From positions 1 through 64,000 of the IMG/VR virus record IMGVR_UViG_3300033429_000001: a stretch of 64,000 nt of DNA. One strand, written 5' to 3'. This document shows, piece by piece, positions 25,556-35,712 of this stretch. The position numbers were made by a program, and so were the translations under genes. The notes under the pieces are model-generated. The model saw only the letters and a program-made list of their open reading frames with translations. It had not been told where the DNA came from and ran no database searches. Origin of the DNA: a virus. Position 1 is the first letter of the stretch. Each line of letters begins with the position of its first letter.

Positions 25556-27103
25556 ATGCAAATACCGACGAAGAGCGAATTGATAGAGTTGCAGCCGTAT
25601 CTGACGAAATCGCAACTGGAAGAAATAGACAAACTGGCGAATGAGATCGAGATACCGCTTTGGTATCCCAATCCTGACCACGAAGACGGCTCCCCGAATC
25701 CTCAGCGATTGGCCTATGAGAGCGAGGCTGACATCTTGGGGTATGGCGGTTCGGCGGGATCGGGCAAAACGGACCTACTCCTCGGCGTCGCTGCCACCCA
25801 GCAAACCAACTCCGTAATCTTCCGCCGCGTCTTTCCCAATCATCGAGGAAACATTGAGCGCAGCCGAGAGATATTTAACCCCACCGGTGTCCCTCATGGC
25901 AAAAACAGCTTCAATGAACAGTTTCACCGTTGGAAATTAGCAAGCGGTAAACAAGTAGAATTCGAAGCCTGCCAACACGAAAAGGACAAAAACAACCAAC
26001 GCGGACGCCCCCGAGATTTCTATGGCTTTGATGAGGCCACCGAATTCACCCGCTCTCAATTTGATTTTATCATCGGCTGGAATCGCTCGACAGACCCCAA
26101 CCAACGATGTCGAATCATTCTTACTTTTAATCCCCCCACCGACGAGGTCGGCTCCTGGGTGGTGGATTTCTTTTTACCCTGGATTTCCTACCTTTTCCCC
26201 AAAGACTTTGAGCATCCCCGCCCGGCCAGGCCGGGGGAGTTGCGATGGTATGCCACCGTCGAGGGACAAGAGACCGAATGCACAGACGGAACCCCATTTG
26301 AGCGTGATGGGCTTCTCGTCAAGCCCCTTAGCCGGACTTTCATCCCAGGCAAACTCAAAGACAATCCACATTTGATAAATACCAATTATGAGGCTATCCT
26401 TCAGTCACTGCCCGAGCCGCTACGTAGCCAGGTGCTACACGGCGATTTTGCGGCAGCCAAAGAGCGCGACCCCTGGCAGGTGATTCCCGTCGAATGGGTC
26501 AAGCTGGCTCAAAAGCGGTGGCTGGAAATGGAGAGGCCGGCGGTGCCTATTTCCGGTACGGGGGTTGATGTGGCCCGAGGAGGCCAGGACAAGACAACAA
26601 AATGCGATAGGTACGACAATTATTTTGATGAGGTCAAGGTATGGCCTGGGGTGGCCACCCCAGACGGTCCGACGGTGGCCGCGTTGGTCGAGGGCGAATT
26701 GGAGGGCGAACCTGCCTACATCAACATTGATGTAATCGGCGTTGGGTCGTCTGCCTATGACAGCTTGAAGCCAATGTATAAGCGGGTCAACCCGATCAAT
26801 GCCGGGGAGAGGTCAGACTACCGGGACCGCTCTGGCAAATACAAAATGAGGAATGTTCGGGCGGAATATTACTGGCGGATGCGGGAGGCGTTGGACCCGG
26901 ATCACGGGGAAGACCCGGCGCTGCCACCGGGTAACGAGGTGGTAGCAGATTTGTGTTCGGCTCGGTATAAGGTGACGACAGCGGGGATACAGATTGAGAG
27001 CAAGGAGGAGATTAAGGAGCGGATAGGCCGGAGTCCTGATGTTGGGGAGGCTATTTTGCTGGCGAATTATCCGGGGGAGCCGCAGGGGATATTCTTTGGA
27101 TAA
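25556..27103 (+). CDS. terL: Terminase large subunit
   Basis: YGGSAGSGKT Walker A, FDEATEF Walker B, TFNPP, GVDVARGGQD nuclease motif, RSPD.G.A. Confidence 0.95.
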   Translation: MQIPTKSELIELQPYLTKSQLEEIDKLANEIEIPLWYPNPDHEDGSPNPQRLAYESEADILGYGGSAGSGKTDLLLGVAATQQTNSVIFRRVFPNHRGNIERSREIFNPTGVPHGKNSFNEQFHRWKLASGKQVEFEACQHEKDKNNQRGRPRDFYGFDEATEFTRSQFDFIIGWNRSTDPNQRCRIILTFNPPTDEVGSWVVDFFLPWISYLFPKDFEHPRPARPGELRWYATVEGQETECTDGTPFERDGLLVKPLSRTFIPGKLKDNPHLINTNYEAILQSLPEPLRSQVLHGDFAAAKERDPWQVIPVEWVKLAQKRWLEMERPAVPISGTGVDVARGGQDKTTKCDRYDNYFDEVKVWPGVATPDGPTVAALVEGELEGEPAYINIDVIGVGSSAYDSLKPMYKRVNPINAGERSDYRDRSGKYKMRNVRAEYYWRMREALDPDHGEDPALPPGNEVVADLCSARYKVTTAGIQIESKEEIKERIGRSPDVGEAILLANYPGEPQGIFFG

Positions 27104-27214
27104 TTAGAGATTTGGTAAATTTAACAAAATAGCGACCAGAATCAAAAAGATTGCTTTTTCACTTGGCGTTCCATCTGGGGTCATTGTAATGTTTGATAAC
27201 TGCAAGAAACATTT

Positions 27215-27688
27215 TTACCTTCTTTCTGGTAGGCTATTTAGAAGCCAAAGGACATACTCAGGCTTATCTTTCTTCCTATAAATTAAGCCCTTCTTTTCCA
27301 ATTCCAGGCAGCCAGAGTGTATAATTTTGTTGTTTTCATCACCATTGGGATAGGTATAGATGCCGGGGCCAAGATAGGGAATTGTTTCACCGCTTATGAA
27401 TTTATATAATTTCGCCAAGTCTTCCTCAATGGGAGTTGGCCATACAAGGCGACCCGTTTCATCAACTATTTTCAGTAGGTCAATTCGCCTGGTGGTATCG
27501 TCTTTTGGTCGATTACAAGGCAATTCTTTGTCTTCGTCATCCCATAAGACTAAAGACCGGTTGCAATCACATGCATATTTACCCTCAAGCCATTGGAATC
27601 TTATATGCTCATCGGAGTAATTATGGGGTTGGGTATATTCTTTTTGGTCGCCTGTAACTCGGTCTCTTAGTGTTACTGTGTATTTCAT
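27215..27688 (-). CDS. Hypothetical protein
   Basis: W.EG.YACDCNR motif; coupled leftward operon. Confidence 0.65.
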   Translation of the reverse strand: MKYTVTLRDRVTGDQKEYTQPHNYSDEHIRFQWLEGKYACDCNRSLVLWDDEDKELPCNRPKDDTTRRIDLLKIVDETGRLVWPTPIEEDLAKLYKFISGETIPYLGPGIYTYPNGDENNKIIHSGCLELEKKGLIYRKKDKPEYVLWLLNSLPERR

Positions 27689-27867
27689 CTAAGCTCCTCA
27701 ACAATCTCCCATTGTGGCCCGCACTCATTGCACGCAGGCCGAAGTGGTACTGATGAATCAATTTGTAGATCATCATCAAGCCTGGCCTCTCCGGTCGTTT
27801 CTTTACCGCAATTAAAGCACTGCTTAATACTGGTTAGTCTGGCGATTTCGTTGTCTTTATTTGACAT
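27685..27867 (-). CDS. Small zinc-finger protein
   Basis: CFNC...CNEC; GAGGAG RBS. Confidence 0.6.
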   Translation of the reverse strand: MSNKDNEIARLTSIKQCFNCGKETTGEARLDDDLQIDSSVPLRPACNECGPQWEIVEELR

Positions 27868-28130
27868 AGGTTACTCCTCTGGTTTTTCTGAACACCAACT
27901 TCCCACAAACCGGACACCTGACCGCTTGATTGCGAGCCACTTTTTTGACAGAATGGCCGAAGATTAGGCAGAATAGTTTTAGCATTTTATTTGTTTCCAA
28001 ACATCGGAGCCACAAATGTATCCAACAGTCCATCCTATCATAAAATTCCAAGTTGGCAGCGTGCCATAATAATAAAGTACAATCAAACAAGCTATTATCC
28101 AGACCAACAATGTGACGAATATTTTTAGCA

Positions 28131-28418
28131 TTATTCTCCCCTATCCTTGAGACTAATTTGTTCAAAGGCTTCTGAGAAGTCTGGCATTCTTGGCGGCGTG
28201 ATTATGCTTGTAACAGTATCATAGGGCCATCCCAGCCCAGCCAATTCAAATTTTCTGCACACTTCCAAGATTTCATTATGGGTATCAACTGTAATGTTGA
28301 GGCGTTGGCATTCCGTTTGTTGCCATAACTCAAACCTATTGAGAAGGGCTTCGGCGGACTGGCTGATACGAGCAAAGTCTGGCGTAAACTCAATTAACCG
28401 ATCTTTGAGGTTTTTCAT
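28131..28418 (-). CDS. Hypothetical protein
   Basis: 95-aa ORF in leftward operon. Confidence 0.55.
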   Translation of the reverse strand: MKNLKDRLIEFTPDFARISQSAEALLNRFELWQQTECQRLNITVDTHNEILEVCRKFELAGLGWPYDTVTSIITPPRMPDFSEAFEQISLKDRGE

Positions 28419-28420
28419 AT

Positions 28421-28642
28421 TTATACCACGCCAAAGAATCGCAAGAGCATAATTACGATCCAGATAACAAAACCGACCAAGCCTAGGCCGATAACCAAGC
28501 TACCGAAGATAAGGGCGCTGATTGTCCTTTTTGTACGTGCGAAATCACGATCAAATTCTTTGCTCTGCTTCTTAAATCGTTTGTCAAAGTCATTCATAGT
28601 TGGTTTCTCCCTTGATAGTCTCTGCGTCTGGCCAAACCTCAC
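28421..28642 (-). CDS. Small membrane protein; probably starts at MNDFDKRF
   Basis: C-terminal TM; GGAG RBS before the internal Met. Confidence 0.6.
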   Translation of the reverse strand: MRFGQTQRLSREKPTMNDFDKRFKKQSKEFDRDFARTKRTISALIFGSLVIGLGLVGFVIWIVIMLLRFFGVV

Positions 28643-28673
28643 GTCTGTACATGGTTAACTCCTCAATTTAATT

Positions 28674-28835
28674 TTAATCCTTAATCCTTATCCCCCGCCG
28701 CTTTGCTTCCTCTACTACCAAGCGGTGGAGCAACGCAACGATGGACTCGTCAAGACGCGCTGACAGTATCTTGGCAAAGCGGCGGGTGGAAGCCCAGATT
28801 TTAATGGTCTTGAATTGGTTTGTATCTTGTGCCAT
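28674..28835 (-). CDS. Small RHH-like protein (MAQDTNQFKTIKIW...), not in the ORF track
   Basis: 53-aa ORF with beta-helix-helix pattern. Confidence 0.5.
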   Translation of the reverse strand: MAQDTNQFKTIKIWASTRRFAKILSARLDESIVALLHRLVVEEAKRRGIRIKD

Positions 28836-28975
28836 CTGTATGAAATCCCAGTATCATCGTTATATTTCTGAAACTCATCTTCGGTTTTTCTCTATACTAA
28901 ATCCCTAAGAAAATTTAGATGTTGTAATTTTACTACATCTCCCCCAAATCAGCAAATATCCCCCAGTTTTTCCTT

Positions 28976-29004
28976 TTGACTTGCCGGGGTAAACGTGATA
29001 AAAT
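28976..29004 (+). promoter_or_regulatory. sigma70 promoter TTGACT-17-TAAAAT; leaderless start at 29012
   Basis: Near consensus with TGn. Confidence 0.7.
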
Positions 29005-29011
29005 ATAGTGA

Positions 29012-29218
29012 ATGAAGTCAGCGAAGGATGCCCGAAGGCAGCAAATAGCCCATCAACTTAGCCGTCAGCTATGTTCAATGAGTTACCTGATTGCCGAGAT
29101 CAAGCTAGGATACAAGCCCAATGAGTGCGGCGTTTTTGCCCGCGCCAAAGATGGCGCATGGGTCAACCTGGCTAATGAAAAAGAGGTTGGGATAGATGAA
29201 GAAAATAAACAGGCGTGA
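29012..29218 (+). CDS. Hypothetical protein
   Basis: ATG at the predicted +1. Confidence 0.55.
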   Translation: MKSAKDARRQQIAHQLSRQLCSMSYLIAEIKLGYKPNECGVFARAKDGAWVNLANEKEVGIDEENKQA

Positions 29219-29405
29219 TTTTTTTGGGTTACTTGGTAAGGGAGCCGCTGCTGCTATTGGTGCTACAGTTTGCCTGTACACTAGGCTAACAAGTTCGACT
29301 CCTGTATCAGGGGTAAGTGGAACTGATAAAGTTGCAGGTTGTTTCAAGGGAGAGTTTACCCCCTGGGCGACTATCTGCTACCCCATCACATCGCGGAAAC
29401 AATGA
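29196..29405 (+). CDS. Small protein with twin-arginine-like signal (NRRDFF)
   Basis: MKKINRRDFFGLLGKGAAAAIG. Confidence 0.5.
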   Translation: MKKINRRDFFGLLGKGAAAAIGATVCLYTRLTSSTPVSGVSGTDKVAGCFKGEFTPWATICYPITSRKQ

Positions 29406-29578
29406 AAGAAATGGCAACAGAAGAGGACGAAAAATACTGTAGAGGGGTAAGCCCTCTTAGTTGATTAGTGTTCCGGTTGATGGATGCCTTGTATTAAGTC
29501 AATGAGGCATCAACATCTTTTTCTCCTGTTAGGGGGTTGGTGCTGACGACACCAACCCCCAACGGAGGTCTTTATAAC

Positions 29579-29651
29579 CAAATAACCCGGCCCCCAGGTC
29601 AATCGACCCAACAGCCAGTCAGTGCTTAACAGCACGGCTGGCTTTTTTTAT
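29579..29651 (+). ncRNA. Repeated structured late-gene leader, copy 1 (copy 2 at 52364-52438)
   Basis: Near-identical sequence with compensatory changes in a terminator-like hairpin. Confidence 0.7.
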
Positions 29652-29663
29652 TTAGGGAACTGG

Positions 29664-31871
29664 ATGACACAGAAACCAAGCACACTACAACGAGCCAAAA
29701 TAGCATACGAAGTCTTCAGGAACGGATTTCCAAGAACGGCAATTCAGTCCAATCAGCAACAAAAGCAGGCCCCGTTTATGTGGCCCGCCTACCGGGAAGG
29801 TCAGCCGGTCTGGAAAATAGTTGACATTGAATCCTATATCAATGAGGGATTCAATCTCAACACCTTGATCTATTCGGCGGTGATGTACAAGGCTCGAGCC
29901 TCGGCCACGGCCCCCCTCAAGGCGTTTCGGGGGACACCAGAGCGGTCAATCCCTCTTGAACCCGAACACCCCCTGTCCCAATTGGTAGCCCGACCAAATT
30001 TGCATCAGAGTTGGGTAGAATTCCAGATGCAAAATATCGTTTATGAGAACATTGCAGGGAATGTCTTCATCTTTCTTGACCGGCCCAAGGGTGGCGGGCT
30101 ACCCGAAGCAATGTACAGCCTGAGACCTGATCGGGTATTTGTCATTCCTGGTCGAACTAACGGGCAGACCGGCATCAAGGGCTACGCCTACTTTCCAGAA
30201 GGCGTGAGCCATGCCGGTGCCAACCGGGACGCAGTGGGAATCTTGCCGGAAGATATGATACACATCAAGCTGCCAAACCCGGGCGACCCCATGGAGGGAA
30301 TGGGAGAGGGTCTTTCGCCTCTCTCGCCCGTTGCCAGAAGTGCCGATGTAGACAATTCGATTACAAAGTTCCTGAAAATGTTTTTTGATACCGGGGCGAT
30401 GGTAACAGGAGCTTTATCGTTTGATGTTCCCATTGATGACGAAATCCTGGCCAGGGTAAAAGAACGCTGGCGCGAAATATATGGCGGATTTGAAAACTGG
30501 GATATTGGAGTATTTGACCGAGGGGCTACCTACCAGCGAGTTGGCCTCACCTTCGAGGAGATGGGATTCGAAGGCCAGGACGAACGAAACGAAACCAGAA
30601 TCCTGGGGCCGTTTGGGGTTCCGCCCATTTTGATTGGTTCGCGCATTGGTCTGATGCGCTCGACTTATGCGAATTATAAAGAGGCCAGGACAGCATTCTG
30701 GGAAGATACCTTTGTTCCTGAAATGTCGCTATTTGAAGTTGACTTTCAATATTTCTTGCAGACCCCAGACGGGGGCTTTGTAAAATTCGATTATAAGAAC
30801 GTCCCCGCTCTACAGCAAGACATCCCGGCCATCGTAACGGCCTGGGGAGAATTGGTTGACCGGGGAATTTCCAGAGAGGACGCGGCGACGACGGTAGGTT
30901 TATCCTTACAAAAAGCCGCACCGCTGGAGATGGAAGAGCCAGAACTTATTGAGACTGAGCCGGAGCCAGATGCCAACGTTGGGGCAATAGAGGCCGAGAC
31001 GGATGAGCGCAGAGAAAGTGACACTGATAAACAACTAAAATTACTCACAGAAGAAAAGCAACGTCTGGCCAAGCAGGTTGATGACACTGCCGTTGAGTTT
31101 GAACCGCAATATGAGAAAGTAACAGAGCAGGCGTTTGAAAATGACCGGCGTGAGATTTTGGCCATTGTCAATGAAGCCAAAAAGAAATCGTTGGCCCGGA
31201 AAGCAACGCCTGACTGGGATGCGGCAATGGTGGCAATTAACGCCTACCTTGCTGACTCAGAAAACTGGCAGATAGAATTTACGCCAGTAACAGAGGCCGT
31301 CTTTGTGGCTCAGGCCGAGATGTGGCAGGCTATTATTGAACCGCCCGGTGTTGACCTGACCCCGGAATATTTCAATAATCAATTCAGCCAGGAATGGTTT
31401 GACGAGTACAAACTTGTTTTTGCTCAACCCATCAACGATACGACGAGCAAAGAAATTAGCCAAGTGCTGGCCCAAGCCCAGGCTGAGGGGTGGTCAGTTG
31501 ATAAGGCAGAAAATAGACTCGGCCAATTATTTGACCAGTGGATTGACGGGGACTTGACAGCGGAGGACTTCGAATGGCTTGACGCCCGGACGCCTCCATA
31601 CCGTCGAGAGATGATTGTCAGGACTGAATCTATTCGGGCGGCGAACGCCTCGTCTGATAAGCTCTTTAATGACTGGGGTGTCGAGAAAAAAGAATGGCTG
31701 ACCGCCAGGGATGAGCGGGTCAGAGATGCCCACAAACGGGCTGACGGCCAGGTGGTGGCGGCTGACGAATCATTCAGGGTTGGTGGAGAAGCGTTAAGAT
31801 TTCCGGGTGATCCAAGAGGAGCGCCAGAGAATACAATCAATTGTCGATGCGTGGCATTGCCGGTGGTGTGA
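29664..31871 (+). CDS. HK97-family portal protein fused to a MuF/SPP1 gp7-like minor head domain
   Basis: HPL..L..RPN, GN.F, L.PDRV, GLSPL, FGVPPILIG; C-terminal RTE, KKEWLT..D.RVR.AH, PGDP, INCRC. Confidence 0.92.
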   Translation: MTQKPSTLQRAKIAYEVFRNGFPRTAIQSNQQQKQAPFMWPAYREGQPVWKIVDIESYINEGFNLNTLIYSAVMYKARASATAPLKAFRGTPERSIPLEPEHPLSQLVARPNLHQSWVEFQMQNIVYENIAGNVFIFLDRPKGGGLPEAMYSLRPDRVFVIPGRTNGQTGIKGYAYFPEGVSHAGANRDAVGILPEDMIHIKLPNPGDPMEGMGEGLSPLSPVARSADVDNSITKFLKMFFDTGAMVTGALSFDVPIDDEILARVKERWREIYGGFENWDIGVFDRGATYQRVGLTFEEMGFEGQDERNETRILGPFGVPPILIGSRIGLMRSTYANYKEARTAFWEDTFVPEMSLFEVDFQYFLQTPDGGFVKFDYKNVPALQQDIPAIVTAWGELVDRGISREDAATTVGLSLQKAAPLEMEEPELIETEPEPDANVGAIEAETDERRESDTDKQLKLLTEEKQRLAKQVDDTAVEFEPQYEKVTEQAFENDRREILAIVNEAKKKSLARKATPDWDAAMVAINAYLADSENWQIEFTPVTEAVFVAQAEMWQAIIEPPGVDLTPEYFNNQFSQEWFDEYKLVFAQPINDTTSKEISQVLAQAQAEGWSVDKAENRLGQLFDQWIDGDLTAEDFEWLDARTPPYRREMIVRTESIRAANASSDKLFNDWGVEKKEWLTARDERVRDAHKRADGQVVAADESFRVGGEALRFPGDPRGAPENTINCRCVALPVV

Positions 31872-31878
31872 AAAAATT

Positions 31879-32250
31879 ATGTCAATGATAGATGAGTTGC
31901 TAGAAATCAAAAATCAGATTGATGCGTCAAAACCAAAAGATTATGTTGATATAATTTTAAGTACCAGATGCCCCATTAAAAATAATGACGGCGTCATGGT
32001 CAAGTGTGAAGGCAAAATGTATTTAATTTTGCCTTGGGTGATTATAGAAAAGATAAAATTACAATGCCCGCTAATTAGCTATATAGCACCATCCGTGTAC
32101 GGTATTCCAGTCGTGGAAAACGAAAAGTTAGTAAAAGACCTGCTTTCTCATATCCATCTTGAACCAGACAATGATTTTGAATTATCTGAGGAGGCTTTCG
32201 AGTGGGTTTTTAGGGTTAGTCTTGGTCAAATCCTTACACTTAGGCGTTAG
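31879..32250 (+). CDS. Hypothetical protein (AT-rich)
   Basis: ORF between portal and protease. Confidence 0.5.
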   Translation: MSMIDELLEIKNQIDASKPKDYVDIILSTRCPIKNNDGVMVKCEGKMYLILPWVIIEKIKLQCPLISYIAPSVYGIPVVENEKLVKDLLSHIHLEPDNDFELSEEAFEWVFRVSLGQILTLRR

Positions 32251-32255
32251 TAAAA

Positions 32256-32459
32256 ATGGCCAAAGATAATCGACTTGACTATAAACTTTCTGATCTGCAA
32301 ACGCAGGTCAATAGCATAAACGAAAGACTTTACCAAATTGAAAGACGTTTGGACGCTCTTGAAGTCAGGCAGTCGGTGAGCGTACCGTGGAGCGAGCAGA
32401 AGGCTGCCCAAGAGGAGGTCAATCATGGAAAGAAAGTCTATCCCGTTTGTAGCGACTAA
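32256..32459 (+). CDS. Small coiled-coil protein
   Basis: Heptad pattern. Confidence 0.5.
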   Translation: MAKDNRLDYKLSDLQTQVNSINERLYQIERRLDALEVRQSVSVPWSEQKAAQEEVNHGKKVYPVCSD

Positions 32460-33879
32460 GATCGATGAGGAACAGGGTATTGTTGAGCATATCGTGGCCG
32501 TTATGGGCAATGTGGATTTGGGGAAAGATGTCATCCACCCCGGCGCATTTACGAAGACCATTAGCGAGCGCGGGCTACAAGTGCGCGTTCTTGACCAACA
32601 CCAGGCCGATTCGGTCATGCGTGCCCTGGGTAAACCCATAGAATTACGGGAAATTAGCCGAGAAGAATTACCTCAAAAACTTCTCGCAGAATGCCCAGAG
32701 GCAACAGGGGCATTATTGGCCAAGACCCAATTTTTGATGGACACCCCAGAAGGAGAGGGGGCGTTTAAGCGGTTAAAACAGGGAGCAATCGGCGAATGGT
32801 CATTTGGCTACGATGTGATTCAGAGCGACTTCAGCAAAAAAAAGGATGGTGATAAAGCCATCACCGTGAGAAACTTGAGGGAACTCAAGCTTTATGAGTA
32901 TTCCCCGGTTTTATTTGGAATGAATCCAGCTACGACAACACTTGACGCCAAGGCCAAAGCTGTCAGTGGCAAAACAAGCCTCGGTATTGCCCCCCGTGAC
33001 CGCGAATGGGATGCCGCTGCTGCTGACCGCCGGGTTCGTGAATGGGCTGGCGCCGAAGATGAGCCAAACGCTAAATACCGTCAAGCCTTTTTCTACTACG
33101 ACGAGGAAGCCCCCGAGAATTTCGGGTCATACAAGTTGGGCTTTGCTGATGTCGTTGACGGAGAACTGCAAGCCGTACCACGCGGCATCTTTGCGGTGGC
33201 CGGCGGGCGCGGTGTTGATGCCGCTGACATCCCAGAGGATGACAAGGAGGCCATCAAGACCAAAGTCAATCACTACTATGAGCGGATGAGCGACGAGTTT
33301 GGCGATGACAGTCTGGTATCGCCATTCGAGAAATCAGACAATGGGACAGCCGAGCAAAAGGACATGTTTAAGCCATTGGGCAGCAGCTTGCAGGGGGCCG
33401 TTTATAATGCGGCGGCCAACAAGCTTGGTTATTGGCTGGCTTGTGGCCAGATTGACGTTAGTGAGTTGGCAGCACTAACTACAAATATCAATAACGCCGT
33501 TATCGCTTTGACGGCTGGATTGCCTGAAGACCTAGTTATGCGTGAGACGGAAGGCTATGGCTACTATGGATATATGAGTGCCGACCTGGAAGCCGATGTC
33601 AAAGCGGGCCGCACTATTTCAAAGCGAAACGAGGGCAGACTCCGGTCTGCCCTAACTGAGTTGATGAGCATCTTTAGCGAGGCCGGAATCGTCCTGGATG
33701 AACCAGAACCATTAGAGGACGCAAGCTCTCACCTTGTTGATGATGAAGAAGAGCAACACCCAAAACCAAAAAATGCACCTGACAAACAGGCCGCTACTGA
33801 GGCCGGGCCGGACGTTGTACCACCCACCTTCAACCTAATTGAGGAGCATGAATTATTCAAACTGCAAATGGAGGTATAA
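32425..33879 (+). CDS. HK97-family prohead protease with extra C-terminal domains
   Basis: GNVDLGKDVI.PGAF.KT, L.QH, WSFGY, LYEYSPVLFGMNP. Confidence 0.92.
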   Translation: MERKSIPFVATKIDEEQGIVEHIVAVMGNVDLGKDVIHPGAFTKTISERGLQVRVLDQHQADSVMRALGKPIELREISREELPQKLLAECPEATGALLAKTQFLMDTPEGEGAFKRLKQGAIGEWSFGYDVIQSDFSKKKDGDKAITVRNLRELKLYEYSPVLFGMNPATTTLDAKAKAVSGKTSLGIAPRDREWDAAAADRRVREWAGAEDEPNAKYRQAFFYYDEEAPENFGSYKLGFADVVDGELQAVPRGIFAVAGGRGVDAADIPEDDKEAIKTKVNHYYERMSDEFGDDSLVSPFEKSDNGTAEQKDMFKPLGSSLQGAVYNAAANKLGYWLACGQIDVSELAALTTNINNAVIALTAGLPEDLVMRETEGYGYYGYMSADLEADVKAGRTISKRNEGRLRSALTELMSIFSEAGIVLDEPEPLEDASSHLVDDEEEQHPKPKNAPDKQAATEAGPDVVPPTFNLIEEHELFKLQMEV

Positions 33880-33883
33880 CAAA

Positions 33884-35200
33884 ATGAAATGGCAAGAAAA
33901 ACTGGCTGAGGCAAATACTCTCTTCGAGAAGATTAAGAAAATCGAAACCGAAGGGTCTGACGAGGAGAAGGCTAACCTGGCAGAAATGGTAGAAGCGTAT
34001 CAGGAGTTGAAGGCCGAGGCTCTTGATATGAAGGGGCTGGAAGAAGTAAAGGAAAGACGAAAAGCCGAAATCAAGGCCGAAGCTGCTGAACTGGCTTCTC
34101 TTGATCGTGAGGCCAAAGCCCGCGAAATGGGCGCCCAGGATCAGGAAGAGGACAAGTTGCCCGAGTTCAAGACCTGGGGTGAATACTTGCAGGCGGTTCA
34201 TTATATGAGCCACAACCGACAGTTTGACCCCCGTCTTGCACGGTTCGACGATCAGGCCGTAAAAGGGGAGAAGCAAATGGTAGAGGGCGTAGGTGCCTCT
34301 GGTGGCTTCCTGGTTCCCGCTGAGTTTCTGGCCCAGATGAAGGCCGTTATGCAAGAGCAGGCAATGGTACGGCCCCGGGCCACCATTATCCCGATGCGCC
34401 GGCGCGAGTTGCAAATTCCGGTGCTTGACCAAACCGGGACCACCGCCGGCATCCCTCATTGGTTCGGGGGCATGCAATTCTATTGGGAGGAGGAGGCTGC
34501 TGAGAAGACCTTAACAGAAGCCTCTTTTCGCCAGATCAAGTTAGTGGCTCACAAATTGATTGGCTACACTCGCGCGTCTGATGAGTTGCTTGATGATAGT
34601 GCTATCAGCCTGGAGGCATTCCTGGCCGGCCCGATGGGCATGGGCGGTGGTATTTCCTGGATGGAGGATTATGCCTTTATCAACGGTACCGGCGCAGGTC
34701 AACCGTTAGGCGTCATCACTGCTGGGGCAACCATCACTGTGGCACGGGCCGCGACCGGTGCGATTGGGTATCCTGACCTGGCGAACATGCTTGAGAATTT
34801 CCTGCCTTCGGGGCGGGGCGTTTGGTTCATCACCCAAAGCGCAATGGCCGATTTGGTTCAGCTTAATGGGCCGGCGGGCAATCCGTCCTATATCTGGGGT
34901 GACGCGGTACAGGGTGTGCCTGGAACCCTGCTTGGTTATCCTGTAGTCTGGACTGAGAAAGTCCCCCGAATCGGCACGGCTGGTGATGTTGTCTTGGCCG
35001 ACTGGAACTACTACCTGGTTGGAGACCGGCAGGCAACGACCGTCGAGAGTACCAAGTTTGACTACTGGCGGTATGACCAGACTAGCTGGCGGGCGGTGCA
35101 TCGAGGGGACGGGCAGCCTTGGCTGAGTGCGCCACTGACGTATCAAGACGGCACAACTCAAACAAGCCCCTTTGTCATATTAGGTGACAAGGATACCTAA
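33884..35200 (+). CDS. Major capsid protein, HK97 fold
   Basis: Coiled-coil delta domain, GGFLVP.EF, SDELLDDS, F.NGTG.GQPLG, TLLGYPV. Confidence 0.95.
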   Translation: MKWQEKLAEANTLFEKIKKIETEGSDEEKANLAEMVEAYQELKAEALDMKGLEEVKERRKAEIKAEAAELASLDREAKAREMGAQDQEEDKLPEFKTWGEYLQAVHYMSHNRQFDPRLARFDDQAVKGEKQMVEGVGASGGFLVPAEFLAQMKAVMQEQAMVRPRATIIPMRRRELQIPVLDQTGTTAGIPHWFGGMQFYWEEEAAEKTLTEASFRQIKLVAHKLIGYTRASDELLDDSAISLEAFLAGPMGMGGGISWMEDYAFINGTGAGQPLGVITAGATITVARAATGAIGYPDLANMLENFLPSGRGVWFITQSAMADLVQLNGPAGNPSYIWGDAVQGVPGTLLGYPVVWTEKVPRIGTAGDVVLADWNYYLVGDRQATTVESTKFDYWRYDQTSWRAVHRGDGQPWLSAPLTYQDGTTQTSPFVILGDKDT

Positions 35201-35265
35201 ACCGTTCTTGTGGTTTAACGGAAACTACGATTAAAATTTAGTCAAAGTCCATAGGAGGTAAACAA

Positions 35266-35712
35266 ATGGCAAATTATACGGAACGTTTCAGCGAGGGGCA
35301 CTATCCCCTTGTATCCTACAACGCCGACAGCCAGGCCATCGCAACCGTCAATAGTGCCTGGGTCTCTCTGGCGACTTACCACCGAGCCGTGCTGATACTT
35401 AACGTTGGTGACATGGCCCAGGGCGCGACTCTTGACCTGTCTATCCGGCAAGCGTCGGACGGCACCGGCACCGGCACCAAAGCAATTACCGGCAAAGCCA
35501 TCACCCAGCTGACTCAGGCTGGCGCAGACGGCAATCAGATGCTTGTAATTGAGTTGCAAGCCGAAGAACTTGATGTTGATGGCAACTTTGAAAATATCGG
35601 CATCAGGCACATCGTGGCAGGTGGAGCGGTGGAGATGGCCTGGACTCTGTTCGGCATCCAGCCTCGTTTTGCTCCAACCCCGACTACTAATTGGGCCGAA
35701 ATCGTTGGTTAA
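35266..35712 (+). CDS. Putative head decoration/virion protein
   Basis: AGGAGGT RBS directly after the capsid gene; terminator follows. Confidence 0.65.
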   Translation: MANYTERFSEGHYPLVSYNADSQAIATVNSAWVSLATYHRAVLILNVGDMAQGATLDLSIRQASDGTGTGTKAITGKAITQLTQAGADGNQMLVIELQAEELDVDGNFENIGIRHIVAGGAVEMAWTLFGIQPRFAPTPTTNWAEIVG

